From positions 1-56,042 of the IMG/VR virus record IMGVR_UViG_3300033741_000064: a DNA stretch of 56,042 bases; one strand, 5' to 3'. The stretch comes from a virus (lineage: Duplodnaviria; Caudoviricetes). Below the pieces are notes generated by a model. It made no database searches, was not told the origin of the DNA, and was given only the letters and a program-made list of their open reading frames with translations. The position numbers were made by a program, and so were the translations under genes. Of the stretch, positions 28,191 to 36,556 are shown one piece after another (position 1 is the first letter of the stretch; each line of letters starts with the position of its first letter).

Positions 28191-28870
28191 CAGTCGTCCA
28201 CCGGCTTCAGGCGACCATCAGCGAGACACGCTCTGACCCACTTGTCGAACTCGGCCGCGTACTCATCGTTCGCGAGTCCGCGCAGAACGTATGACGTCGA
28301 GTAGCCACCGGCGTACTTGCCGATCGTGATCGGGTGATCGACCAGATGTTCCTCGAACGCGAACAGGATCTCTTCAGCCGTGACCACGACATCATCCATA
28401 AACGAGTAGCTGCCCTCATGCAGCCATGCCATTAGCTCTGGCACCGGGATCGGGTTTTCCTCGAACACGAAGCCGAGATTGAAATCGTTCAGATCCCAGA
28501 GATCCAACCTCTCGCCCTCTTCTGTGCAGCCCACCGAATCGACCACCTTCAGCGTTAGCTCAAAGTGATCCTCGTCGTACTGAGTGAAGACAACAGCGCC
28601 ACCACCGGAGTCGGTATCTGCAAACTCCCACAGCCGATTCCGGCGCCGATACTTCCAAGTGTTCATCACCTTCATCACGTCACTCGAGTTCACGACGTTC
28701 TGCTGATTGCCGGGAACCATCGTGTCCTGCCCAACAGCCACGAATACCGGCACTTCCACAACGTCACCGTCGATGCCGATGATCCTCGTCGCGTGATCCG
28801 GGTCGCGTGCTTCTAGCTCGCGGTAAACATCGCGCAGCCATTCCATCTCGTCCTGCATCTGCTCTGCCAT
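28190..28870 (-). CDS. Hypothetical acidic protein
   Basis: 226-aa ORF with RBS. Confidence 0.7.
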   Translation of the reverse strand: MAEQMQDEMEWLRDVYRELEARDPDHATRIIGIDGDVVEVPVFVAVGQDTMVPGNQQNVVNSSDVMKVMNTWKYRRRNRLWEFADTDSGGGAVVFTQYDEDHFELTLKVVDSVGCTEEGERLDLWDLNDFNLGFVFEENPIPVPELMAWLHEGSYSFMDDVVVTAEEILFAFEEHLVDHPITIGKYAGGYSTSYVLRGLANDEYAAEFDKWVRACLADGRLKPVDD

Positions 28871-28884
28871 GCTGTCCTCGCTTT

Positions 28885-29268
28885 CTAAACGTGGTAATCG
28901 TCGTGAATAGGGATCGCGCCGTAGAAGTTCGTCAGGCTCGAGAACCGGGAGTCGCTGCTGCCGGCGTAACTGCCGCCGAAAGCTCGCATATCTTCCAGCG
29001 TCACTTTCACTCGGCCGGGTCGATTCGTCGTCTCGATGTCGTACACGAACGCGAGATGCCCACAGCTCCGGCCTTGAATCGTGCGCGGTACATAGGTGAA
29101 CACGAGATCATCTTCGCCGGGCTCGAGGTTGCCGCCGTCGACGAGCACGAGGATTCGGTCGACCATTGCCGGGATGCCGTGGCCTGGCTGCGTGAACGTC
29201 GCTCGGTTCATAGGCCGATACACCCACACGCTGATTCCCTTCGCGGGAGCCTCCATCGTTTTCTTCAT
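28885..29268 (-). CDS. Hypothetical phage protein
   Basis: AGGAACGGA leader; FGGSYAGSSDSRF..YGAIPIHD C-terminus. Confidence 0.7.
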   Translation of the reverse strand: MKKTMEAPAKGISVWVYRPMNRATFTQPGHGIPAMVDRILVLVDGGNLEPGEDDLVFTYVPRTIQGRSCGHLAFVYDIETTNRPGRVKVTLEDMRAFGGSYAGSSDSRFSSLTNFYGAIPIHDDYHV

Positions 29269-29371
29269 TCCGTTCCTTTCTGCTGAGCGCCTCTCTAAGC
29301 GCATTGAACTGGGTTCTGGTATTAGGTGAGGCCGACGCGGGGAACTCGTCTCAGCGCCGGTACTGGCCTAG

Positions 29372-29713
29372 CTAGTGGGGAGGATCTGCAAGCGCGGCAA
29401 AGATGCCGAGCTTCTCAGTCTTGTCGGCCGGGACGAACTCGACCATCTCATTGAACTTCTCGAGCGCTTCCGCCAATGTCGGCGCGTAGAGCACGGCCGA
29501 GGGCTGCAAGCTGCCCTTGAAGAAGATGTGACAGCGGAGCAGCTTCACCGCCGTGTAGCTCGACATCCCGCGCGGTGGCTTCGTCGTGTGGAACTTCGAC
29601 AGGGCTGCCGTGGAGTCGAAAGCCATAACCGTCGCCACCACTTCCACGTTCGGCTGCTGACCGCGACCGTGGCTCAGGATCTGGATCTGATAGGGGTTCT
29701 CTTCGATCAGCAT
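29372..29713 (-). CDS. Hypothetical protein
   Basis: 1-nt overlap with upstream gene. Confidence 0.65.
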   Translation of the reverse strand: MLIEENPYQIQILSHGRGQQPNVEVVATVMAFDSTAALSKFHTTKPPRGMSSYTAVKLLRCHIFFKGSLQPSAVLYAPTLAEALEKFNEMVEFVPADKTEKLGIFAALADPPH

Positions 29714-30024
29714 CAGATATTCCGCCCAGTCGATAGCGAGAGGATCTCGATCGGGATCGCGTGAGTCGCTTCATCCGTGAGCACTAGCTCGCCGTCTGTG
29801 CGGTAGCCAGCTTTGATCAGCGCGGCCGGGAGGATCGCTGCGCGAGTTCCGGCGTGGCGGTAGTTCATCACTACTCGGTCTGCATCTTCGTGATCGTAGG
29901 TCAGAACGGCATCGTCTTCATCGTGTACGACTGACCATGTTCCGTCCCTGAAACCCTGATAGATCACAACGAAATCGGATCCGCTCATCGGGAAGAGCTT
30001 GAGGTCTGCTTCTACAACTGTCAT
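29713..30024 (-). CDS. Hypothetical protein
   Basis: GTTAGGAACGG leader. Confidence 0.7.
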   Translation of the reverse strand: MTVVEADLKLFPMSGSDFVVIYQGFRDGTWSVVHDEDDAVLTYDHEDADRVVMNYRHAGTRAAILPAALIKAGYRTDGELVLTDEATHAIPIEILSLSTGRNI

Positions 30025-30057
30025 TTTTCCGTTCCTAACTTTTCGTGTGCGGGTGTT

Positions 30058-30300
30058 CTAGAAAGTCCAGCGGATCATGTTCGTCACCGCATCCTTCAAC
30101 GTCTTGTGATGTCCGCCGCCGCCGCTCGCTGCCCAACGAGCAGATGCAATCATGTGGCGGCTGAAGTGCTGCATATCTTCGAGCTTGATTCGACGAACGA
30201 TGCCGAGCTGTCGGCCGTCCACCGTGACCGAGTACCGCTCGTGACCCATAACATCCGGGCCGATATTCTCAACGGTTGCCGTGTCGATTGTTGTTGCCAT
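30058..30300 (-). CDS. Hypothetical early protein
   Basis: First gene after promoter 30334-30386. Confidence 0.7.
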   Translation of the reverse strand: MATTIDTATVENIGPDVMGHERYSVTVDGRQLGIVRRIKLEDMQHFSRHMIASARWAASGGGGHHKTLKDAVTNMIRWTF

Positions 30301-30333
30301 GATCCGCTCCCTAACTTCTTGAATTATTAACTC

Positions 30334-30386
30334 GTATTACTACAGTAACATCGCTTCATCCGGGCCACAAGATATAGAGCTATATT
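30334..30386 (-). promoter_or_regulatory. Early promoter with operator and upstream palindrome
   Basis: TTGTGG-N17-TACTGT (TGn extended); GTATTACTACAGTAACAT; ATATAGAGCTATAT. Confidence 0.8.
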
Positions 30387-30565
30387 TGCCGCTGTTCTTC
30401 TTCTTGGCAGTCGCCGCAAAACTCGACAGGCACCGTTGCTCTTGCCAGTCTGCGCGTAGCCGAAGAGATGAAGGTTCCGTGAGCTTCGCAGACCGTGACC
30501 CACGGCTGATCCGGTTCGGTGTCGATCCCGAGATCCGCCGCGCGGCCGATTGTTCGGTTCATCAT
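30380..30565 (-). CDS. Small CxxH/CxxC Zn-binding protein
   Basis: WVTVCEAHG...EFCGDC; GGAACGGAA leader. Confidence 0.7.
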   Translation of the reverse strand: MMNRTIGRAADLGIDTEPDQPWVTVCEAHGTFISSATRRLARATVPVEFCGDCQEEEQRQI

Positions 30566-30664
30566 TATTCCGTTCCGGGCGTGAGCCCTGTTCTCTCATA
30601 GCTGGGGATCCAGCTTTGGCTCTCTGAGCACGATTGCTAGAGGCCGAGTGTTAGGGGAAGCCGA

Positions 30665-30871
30665 CTAGATAACTTCGACCCAGCGCATTGCCGTCTCGAT
30701 TACGTTGTCCCAATCTCCGGAGCGACTTTCCTCCGAGTACTGCTTGAGTTCTTCTGCCGAGACGCCGGCTGCTTTGAGAGCGCGACTCACGGTGCCGATG
30801 ATTGACCACGCATTGGAGTCAACGCCGCTCAACTGGACTTCGATCTCTGGATACTTCGGGCCGTCTGACAT
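30665..30871 (-). CDS. Small conserved-looking phage protein
   Basis: Start MSDGPKYP after GTTAGGAACGG; LSGVDSNAWSIIG..SGDWDNVI. Confidence 0.7.
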   Translation of the reverse strand: MSDGPKYPEIEVQLSGVDSNAWSIIGTVSRALKAAGVSAEELKQYSEESRSGDWDNVIETAMRWVEVI

Positions 30872-30929
30872 GATTCCGTTCCTAACTGTTTGAGCTGAGG
30901 CGCTGACCGGATAGCCAGCGCCGGGAGAA

Positions 30930-31259
30930 CTAATCTCCGATTGCAAAGCCAGTAACGCCGTCGCAACGCGAGCAGTGCGTCCGGTCGTACCAAGCTTCTT
31001 GGCTGGAGACAACAACTTCAGGATCGTCCGTGCCGCAATACCGGCAGCGAGTCCGAGCCGATACCGAGTGGTACTCGCGCTCGGCCGTTTCGTCTTCGTG
31101 AATCCACTGGCCGCTGATGCCGATCGTCTTGTCCCAGACGATCTTGTCGCCGCACTTCCAGCACCGAGCAGCAGGATCGAGGATCTCGACATCAATCGTC
31201 GGGTTCGAGCTGTAGTTCCCGGCTTGCTTGCCGGCGAAAGCTTCGAGCGTGGTAGCCAT
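30930..31259 (-). CDS. Zn-finger protein
   Basis: CWKC..H..H, CRYC, CSRC; GTTAGGAACGG leader. Confidence 0.7.
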   Translation of the reverse strand: MATTLEAFAGKQAGNYSSNPTIDVEILDPAARCWKCGDKIVWDKTIGISGQWIHEDETAEREYHSVSARTRCRYCGTDDPEVVVSSQEAWYDRTHCSRCDGVTGFAIGD

Positions 31260-31294
31260 TTTTCCGTTCCTAACTTATTGAGTTGATTTAACCT

Positions 31295-31331
31295 GTACTA
31301 CTACAGTAATACAGCTTTACTCCGGCCGCAA
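31295..31331 (-). promoter_or_regulatory. Early promoter with operator
   Basis: TTGCGG-N17-TACTGT; GTACTACTACAGTAATAC. Confidence 0.8.
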
Positions 31332-31369
31332 GTTATAGCGCTGTAATTCTTCGGGGAATTTGCCGCTGG

Positions 31370-31418
31370 AAACAACGAAAGCCCTGCAGTTCCGATTAGG
31401 GAAACCACAGGGCTCTCG
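31370..31418 (-). terminator. Terminator after protease gene
   Basis: AGCCCTG...CAGGGCT hairpin plus TTCGTTGTTT on the minus strand. Confidence 0.65.
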
Positions 31419-31426
31419 CTCTTACC

Positions 31427-32617
31427 TCACGCTGCAGATGCCGCCGCTGCATCCGGGCCGAGGTCGACCGAAACCTTCTCAGCCGTACCGCCGATGGAAT
31501 AACCGCGGATCTCGCCGGCTTCCACCAGAGGCCATGCCCAGTCCTTCCAGATCACGCCCAAGAATGGCGTGCCGGCCGGGTAGCTGTGCTTCATGAGTAC
31601 GCCGGTATCGGGATCAGGGACATCGACCTCGAGAGCCGTCCGCTGGATGTAGCCTTCCACGATTCGGCCGGCGACGATCTCCGGGTTGTGCTGGAGTCGG
31701 AGATCGCGGTCGCTGTCCGCCATGTAGTCGTGGAACGTCTTTTCCAGATCGTTCTTCTCTACCCAGTCGCCATGCGCGTCGACCATATCCGGCACGTACC
31801 AAGCGCCGAGAGTGAACTGCTCCGCCTTGTTGATCTCGAGCGACTTGAAAATTCCGGGCCGGTACGCAGACGGGCTGTTGTTCAGCCAGCCGTCGCCGGT
31901 GCTGCCGGGGCTCGTGTCGCCGTCGTAGTAGAAACCATCTTGGAAGAACGCTGCATTGTAGTGAGCGCCACCAATCGCGGCCGTCAGCTTCGAGAACCGA
32001 ACCGTCGACGACGTAACTGGGATGTCGAGGATCGACTCTCGCTGCTCGTCGGTGAGATCCTTCGGGATGCTGCCGATCGTCATGTGCGGCTGATAGAACT
32101 CGAAGTCATCACGGTAAGGGATCTCTGCGGCGTCTAGGCGACCTTTCAACACAGAGCGTAGTTCGGGGAGGCTGGTGATCTGTGCGGCGATGTAGACAGC
32201 ATCTTCGTCTTCGCCCTCGAAGATCCCGAGGCCGTTCAGCGTTCCCTCCAAGCACTTCCAGTCGCGTGCTACTTCCGTGACGATTCCGATGAGCTGCTGC
32301 TGCTGGGCAACCGTCAGCTCTTCGAGATCTCCGAGGTAGAGAACAGTGATGTGGAAATCGTTGATCGGGTTCCCGCCTGGCAGTGCATACGCCTCACCGA
32401 GATTGAACGGGACAGTCAAGGAGATCATCACTCCTTCGTGCCGGCCGATCGCGAGAGTCGAACTCCCGTCTGCGCCGTATTCGAGCTGGTAGTCGACGAC
32501 GCTGTAACCAAGCTGCTCTGCTTCCACAAGAGCCTTCGTCACGTCCTCGCCCAAGTCGTGCTGTTCGGCCAACTCGCGAGCTTTCTCAATTCGCATTGGC
32601 ATGTTGATCGTGGCCAT
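31427..32617 (-). CDS. 2H phosphoesterase (LigT/Acb1-like) fused to XkdF-like prohead protease
   Basis: Two HxT motifs (FHITVLYLG, PHMTIG); C-domain YVPDMVDAHGD..LQH..GEIRGYSIGG. Confidence 0.85.
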   Translation of the reverse strand: MATINMPMRIEKARELAEQHDLGEDVTKALVEAEQLGYSVVDYQLEYGADGSSTLAIGRHEGVMISLTVPFNLGEAYALPGGNPINDFHITVLYLGDLEELTVAQQQQLIGIVTEVARDWKCLEGTLNGLGIFEGEDEDAVYIAAQITSLPELRSVLKGRLDAAEIPYRDDFEFYQPHMTIGSIPKDLTDEQRESILDIPVTSSTVRFSKLTAAIGGAHYNAAFFQDGFYYDGDTSPGSTGDGWLNNSPSAYRPGIFKSLEINKAEQFTLGAWYVPDMVDAHGDWVEKNDLEKTFHDYMADSDRDLRLQHNPEIVAGRIVEGYIQRTALEVDVPDPDTGVLMKHSYPAGTPFLGVIWKDWAWPLVEAGEIRGYSIGGTAEKVSVDLGPDAAAASAA

Positions 32618-32883
32618 TACGTTCTCTCTTTCGGTGAAGTGGTGCAGGGTAGTTGCTCGCCGTCGAATAAGACGTTAGCAAGTCGAGCCATGTGGAACCG
32701 TCTCTGACGCGCTGAGGTCACGAGCCGGAGTATCAGTAAGGGGTTAGGCCAGAAACCGACGCTCACGATCGTCCAGCAGTCCTTACCGACGTGGTGGCCG
32801 TCAGTGAGTCGCACGACATCACGCAGATGCGGCCAATACTCGCGCTCTGCGGCAAGAGGGTTCACTGGAGTCGAGGGAGCCAT
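32617..32883 (-). CDS. Hypothetical protein
   Basis: 88-aa operon ORF. Confidence 0.55.
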   Translation of the reverse strand: MAPSTPVNPLAAEREYWPHLRDVVRLTDGHHVGKDCWTIVSVGFWPNPLLILRLVTSARQRRFHMARLANVLFDGEQLPCTTSPKERT

Positions 32884-32886
32884 GCT

Positions 32887-33090
32887 CTATACCGGGACTT
32901 CTGATTCGGGGATCAGATATAGATCATGGTCTATATCCAACTGCCACTTAGTAATCGACGGCTGAGTCATCTCGACCCACTCGGCACCATCGAGAGTCCA
33001 CTCGCGGAGGCCGTCGATGTCGTGCGTCCGCATGTAGAACCGATCGCCTAGGTCGTTCTTCCGTACGAAGAACTCTGTTGTCTCATTCAT
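32887..33090 (-). CDS. Candidate immunity protein for the MuF toxin
   Basis: 67-aa acidic/aromatic ORF directly after MuF-SAS; own TAGATT -10, AGGAGGT RBS and operator at 33126-33143. Confidence 0.6.
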   Translation of the reverse strand: MNETTEFFVRKNDLGDRFYMRTHDIDGLREWTLDGAEWVEMTQPSITKWQLDIDHDLYLIPESEVPV

Positions 33091-33149
33091 CTGATGTACC
33101 TCCTAATCTCAATCTAACACGTTTCGTATCACTACGGTAGTACGCATGG

Positions 33150-34775
33150 CTAGAAGCCGTCCGTCTGGATGCGGGGAAGCGCCGAGATGCCGTCCGGAAC
33201 CGGGATCGTGTTCGCCAGCTCCTTCATCTGCTCCGACAAGATCTCGCGCCGTAACGGATCCGGCGTCAACCGGAACTCTTCGTACAGCTTGTGCATCTCA
33301 CCGTTCTTCACGTCAAAGCTCTTCGCCGTGTGGAACTGGAGCTCTATCGGCTGACCGCTCGAGCTGACCAGCGCCGCGTTATAGCCCTGATACGGGTTCG
33401 TCTTGTCAGCCCACGCATTCTTGCCACGGATCCTGAAGCCTTCAGCTCGGAGCTGAGCAAGCGTGCTCGTGATCGTCGCCGTATATGCTGCGTCGTCGAC
33501 CATCATCGTGTACCGCAATGCGTCGCTGACTTGAGCGCCAGCCTGACCGACCGTGATGCCCTTCTCTGCAGCGTCCGTCATCAACTTCCGCTGCAACGAC
33601 TCCTGCGTCTTCAGCTTGAAATCGAGGCCGGCGAGAGATGCCTTCGCCTTGTCAGCAAGGATGCTGAGCAAGGATGTCGTGTGCGGTTCAACCGCCGCCG
33701 CTCGAGCCAACACACTCCGGGCCGTGTCGCCAGCCGCCGTATACGCCAGATCGAAGTCGTGAGCTTCCGCCTGAGTGTCGAACTGGCGCTCCATCTGCGC
33801 GATGATGTCGTCGTCCGGGGGGAGCAGTACCGCCGAGCAGCGGCAAGCCGGGTGATCCGGGGGCATATCCATGCCGTTCGGGAACGCGCCGTTCCACGGT
33901 GCAAGCATTCCGTCGAGCGCCTGGCACCGAGGGCACGCACCACTGCCGGCGATCCATTCCTTCACCGAACGGTCGTCGATAGCTCCCTGCGAGTGCATCG
34001 CTTCCCAGCCGGCATAGCGTCCCTTGTTCGCGGCCGTCACCAACTCCGTGCGTGCAATCGTCTCCGTGCGTTGCTTCAGCTTCCGCTTCGCCAGCGTCGA
34101 CGTGAGCTTGTTCGAGATCTCCGATGCCTTGTCAATCGTGCGGCCGTCAGCAATCAGGCGGGTGAACTGGTTCGCTTGATACTTCTCGAGCTGAGCTACT
34201 TGCTCCATCCGCAAGGGGATGTAGTCGCGGAGCTTGCGGCCGAGCTGGTCAACAGTGAGCGATCCCGTCAGACTCTTCGCGGTGAGCGCACGCACCGAGT
34301 TCTTCGTCGACTCAGTGATCTCTCGAATCATCTCGCCGGTACGCACTTCCGCATAAGCAATCGCGGCCGGGTCGATGACGTTCATCGCGCCAACGAGAGT
34401 CCCGGTGCCATAGTTCTCGAGATCCAGAGCAATGTCGAACGGCGTCTCCGCTTTCTGCAGCGTCTTCTTCTGGCGCACTTCTCGCTGGGCGTAGTTCTTG
34501 ATCGTGAAGCCGAGATACTTCGACGCTCGAGACATCGACTCCGCAAAGCCAACCCAGTCGAGCGAGTTCGCAACCGTGTCCGGCGAGTTGACCCGCATCC
34601 CGAACCGCACACGTTCATTATCCGACGACTCAGCGAGCAGCTCCAGCGATTCGCGCACCACACGGCCGACCGATGCCGCGTTAGCTTTCGTCAGCGGCTC
34701 TGGCTCCGCAAAGCTCCGATGCAGCAGACGCCGTGGCGTTGGATCTGAGCGCCTAACAACGTAGTCGATAGTCAT
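33150..34775 (-). CDS. MuF (SPP1 gp7-like) minor head protein fused to a RelA/SpoT-like synthetase (toxSAS-like) domain
   Basis: RTETIARTE..KEW..CPRC..PPDHPACRC, then KTQESLQRK..SDALRYT..YQGYN..ELQFHT..H.LYEEFR. Confidence 0.85.
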   Translation of the reverse strand: MTIDYVVRRSDPTPRRLLHRSFAEPEPLTKANAASVGRVVRESLELLAESSDNERVRFGMRVNSPDTVANSLDWVGFAESMSRASKYLGFTIKNYAQREVRQKKTLQKAETPFDIALDLENYGTGTLVGAMNVIDPAAIAYAEVRTGEMIREITESTKNSVRALTAKSLTGSLTVDQLGRKLRDYIPLRMEQVAQLEKYQANQFTRLIADGRTIDKASEISNKLTSTLAKRKLKQRTETIARTELVTAANKGRYAGWEAMHSQGAIDDRSVKEWIAGSGACPRCQALDGMLAPWNGAFPNGMDMPPDHPACRCSAVLLPPDDDIIAQMERQFDTQAEAHDFDLAYTAAGDTARSVLARAAAVEPHTTSLLSILADKAKASLAGLDFKLKTQESLQRKLMTDAAEKGITVGQAGAQVSDALRYTMMVDDAAYTATITSTLAQLRAEGFRIRGKNAWADKTNPYQGYNAALVSSSGQPIELQFHTAKSFDVKNGEMHKLYEEFRLTPDPLRREILSEQMKELANTIPVPDGISALPRIQTDGF

Positions 34776-34781
34776 GTTGGC

Positions 34782-34952
34782 TCAGTACGAGTTAGGGCGC
34801 TTAGAGCGCAGTGGCGGCAGGTCTGGAGGGCACTCTATATGTTCGATGAGAGCCTGACCGTCAATGATCGTCGAGATCGACGGCTGAGCGAGACGCACGA
34901 TCAGTCCGCACTTCTTGCACTTCCCGAGTGGCATCGTCATCACACCAGTCAT
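34782..34952 (-). CDS. 56-aa CxxC..HxxC Zn-binding protein (not in ORF track)
   Basis: MTGVMTMPLGKCKKCG...EHIECPP; TGATG overlap with the portal stop. Confidence 0.55.
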   Translation of the reverse strand: MTGVMTMPLGKCKKCGLIVRLAQPSISTIIDGQALIEHIECPPDLPPLRSKRPNSY

Positions 34953-36328
34953 CACAGGCCGCGCGTTTCAGAATCCGAGTTCCGCTTCGGCGCCTTGATC
35001 AGATCGCGACCCCAATCCTCGAGGTTGTCGTCCGGGGTAAGCATTCCCGCGTCGGTAAGGATCTTCAGGAACGGGCCGAGAGCGCCGAGGTCGACGCGGT
35101 TGATCTCGCCAAACACGAACTTCGGTGTGCGCCGGGGCGTCATGCCGTTGAACTCAAGGAGCTGCGGCGACGCGAACCTGTCGAACACAGTCGAGATCGA
35201 CTTCGCAATAGCCGAGACGCTCAGCGTCCACAGGTCAATCTTCGTCACACCGAGAGAGCGTGAGCCGTTCTCTTCGTGACCGAGCATCAGGAAGTCAGCC
35301 AGCACCGACATTGCGATCTCAGCATTCTTCCGCGTGACCGCTTCACCGAGATTGATCTGACGTGCGCCGCCCGACGTAATCAAGTCGATCGAGAACGTCT
35401 TGTTCTTATCTTGGTCGTACAGAGCAGGGATCACAGCACCTTCCGACTCACCACGGCGGAGAGACTTCGCCAGCGTGATCGCCGTCTGCAGAGACTTCTT
35501 CTGATCTGCCGTCGCGTCGGCCGTGTGCCATACAGCGGGAGTAGTGACCACCGGGTAGCCGGCAAGCTCACGCTCAATGCCAATCGCTTCGTACTCTTCG
35601 ATGCGCGTCTTGAAGAACCACGGCCGGTACGCCGTCCGCAACAGCGAGCGACCTTCAGGGTTGTTCTTGTTCTGAGTGATCCGGAACAGGAGAGCCTTCT
35701 TCAGCGGGATCTCGAACGTGCCGAGGTTCGTCTGCTGCACCATGCCAGTCACGTTCTCGTGCTGGTCGAGCTGCCACCGAAGAAGCGACTGCTGGCCACG
35801 GTGCGCAAACTTGCGCCACCCGATACGTCCGTCGTCAAACTTCGACTTGTACGAGCCGTCCTTCTGCTTCGTGCCGCGCCGGATCTTGTAGACGACCTCG
35901 AAGTACGACCAGCCATAAACCGCGAACGTCAAGATCTCTTCAAGCACCTGATCCCACGGCTGGCTCATATCTTCGAGACACTCGTTCAGGAAGTCCGTCG
36001 CTGCCAGCTCTTCATCGTCGGCATCTTGCGGTGCCTCGAACTTCCACTCGAGCTTGCCGATCATCTGGTTCAACGCGAACAGGAACGCGCCAACCATTCC
36101 GTCGTTCTCCGACATCTGCTTGAAAATTCGTTGGCCACGGTAGCCAGTCAGCTCAGGGAGCAGCTCTTCCATAACCGTGCCGCCAGAGATCTGAAGACCA
36201 CTAGCACCGAACTCCTGCAGACCAGCCGGCTTCTCAGCATCGACCGCTTCTTGCGCGGCGGCTTCAGTCGGGGTAACGCTCGTCGCGTCCAGCTCGGATG
36301 ACTTTGCGATGTCGCTCTTCTTCGCCAT
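34952..36328 (-). CDS. Portal protein (DUF935/Mu gp29-like)
   Basis: NNPEGRSLLRTAYRPW..EAIGIERELAGYP; position after TerL. Confidence 0.9.
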   Translation of the reverse strand: MAKKSDIAKSSELDATSVTPTEAAAQEAVDAEKPAGLQEFGASGLQISGGTVMEELLPELTGYRGQRIFKQMSENDGMVGAFLFALNQMIGKLEWKFEAPQDADDEELAATDFLNECLEDMSQPWDQVLEEILTFAVYGWSYFEVVYKIRRGTKQKDGSYKSKFDDGRIGWRKFAHRGQQSLLRWQLDQHENVTGMVQQTNLGTFEIPLKKALLFRITQNKNNPEGRSLLRTAYRPWFFKTRIEEYEAIGIERELAGYPVVTTPAVWHTADATADQKKSLQTAITLAKSLRRGESEGAVIPALYDQDKNKTFSIDLITSGGARQINLGEAVTRKNAEIAMSVLADFLMLGHEENGSRSLGVTKIDLWTLSVSAIAKSISTVFDRFASPQLLEFNGMTPRRTPKFVFGEINRVDLGALGPFLKILTDAGMLTPDDNLEDWGRDLIKAPKRNSDSETRGL

Positions 36329-36367
36329 GTGTATTACTCCAGTGTCGCCGGTCGTCTTACTCAGGTA

Positions 36368-36410
36368 AGTCTATGCCCGACACACAGGTAACACGAAGGG
36401 CTGACACGCC
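36368..36410 (-). promoter_or_regulatory. Late-type promoter
   Basis: GGCGTGTC-N29-TAGACT. Confidence 0.6.
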
Positions 36411-36422
36411 CACGACACGATG

Positions 36423-36550
36423 GAGCCCGGAGCAGGTCTACCTCAGCCGAGTAATTTGATCTTCGCAGTTCAATCGGCTTCATGGGCGCCTTCGTCAAGA
36501 CAGTTACAGACGTTCACTCCGGGCTCTTCATCACCTTGGCACTCGTGATG
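36423..36550. ncRNA. Candidate structured RNA between terL and portal
   Basis: 10-bp closing helix GAGCCCGGAG/CTCCGGGCTC enclosing further helices; adjacent CATCAC/GTGATG hairpin. Confidence 0.35.
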
Positions 36551-36556
36551 TTTCGA

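Noticed and set aside
32916-32937. GATATAGA-N6-TCTATATC palindrome resembling the promoter-upstream palindrome
   Set aside because: Single copy with different spacing inside a coding region; may be chance
33291-34748. Long plus-strand ORFs (also 12584..13693, 24741..25709, 35276..36301, 38372..39355)
   Set aside because: They are antisense shadows of well-supported minus-strand genes in high-GC DNA, with no recognisable motifs
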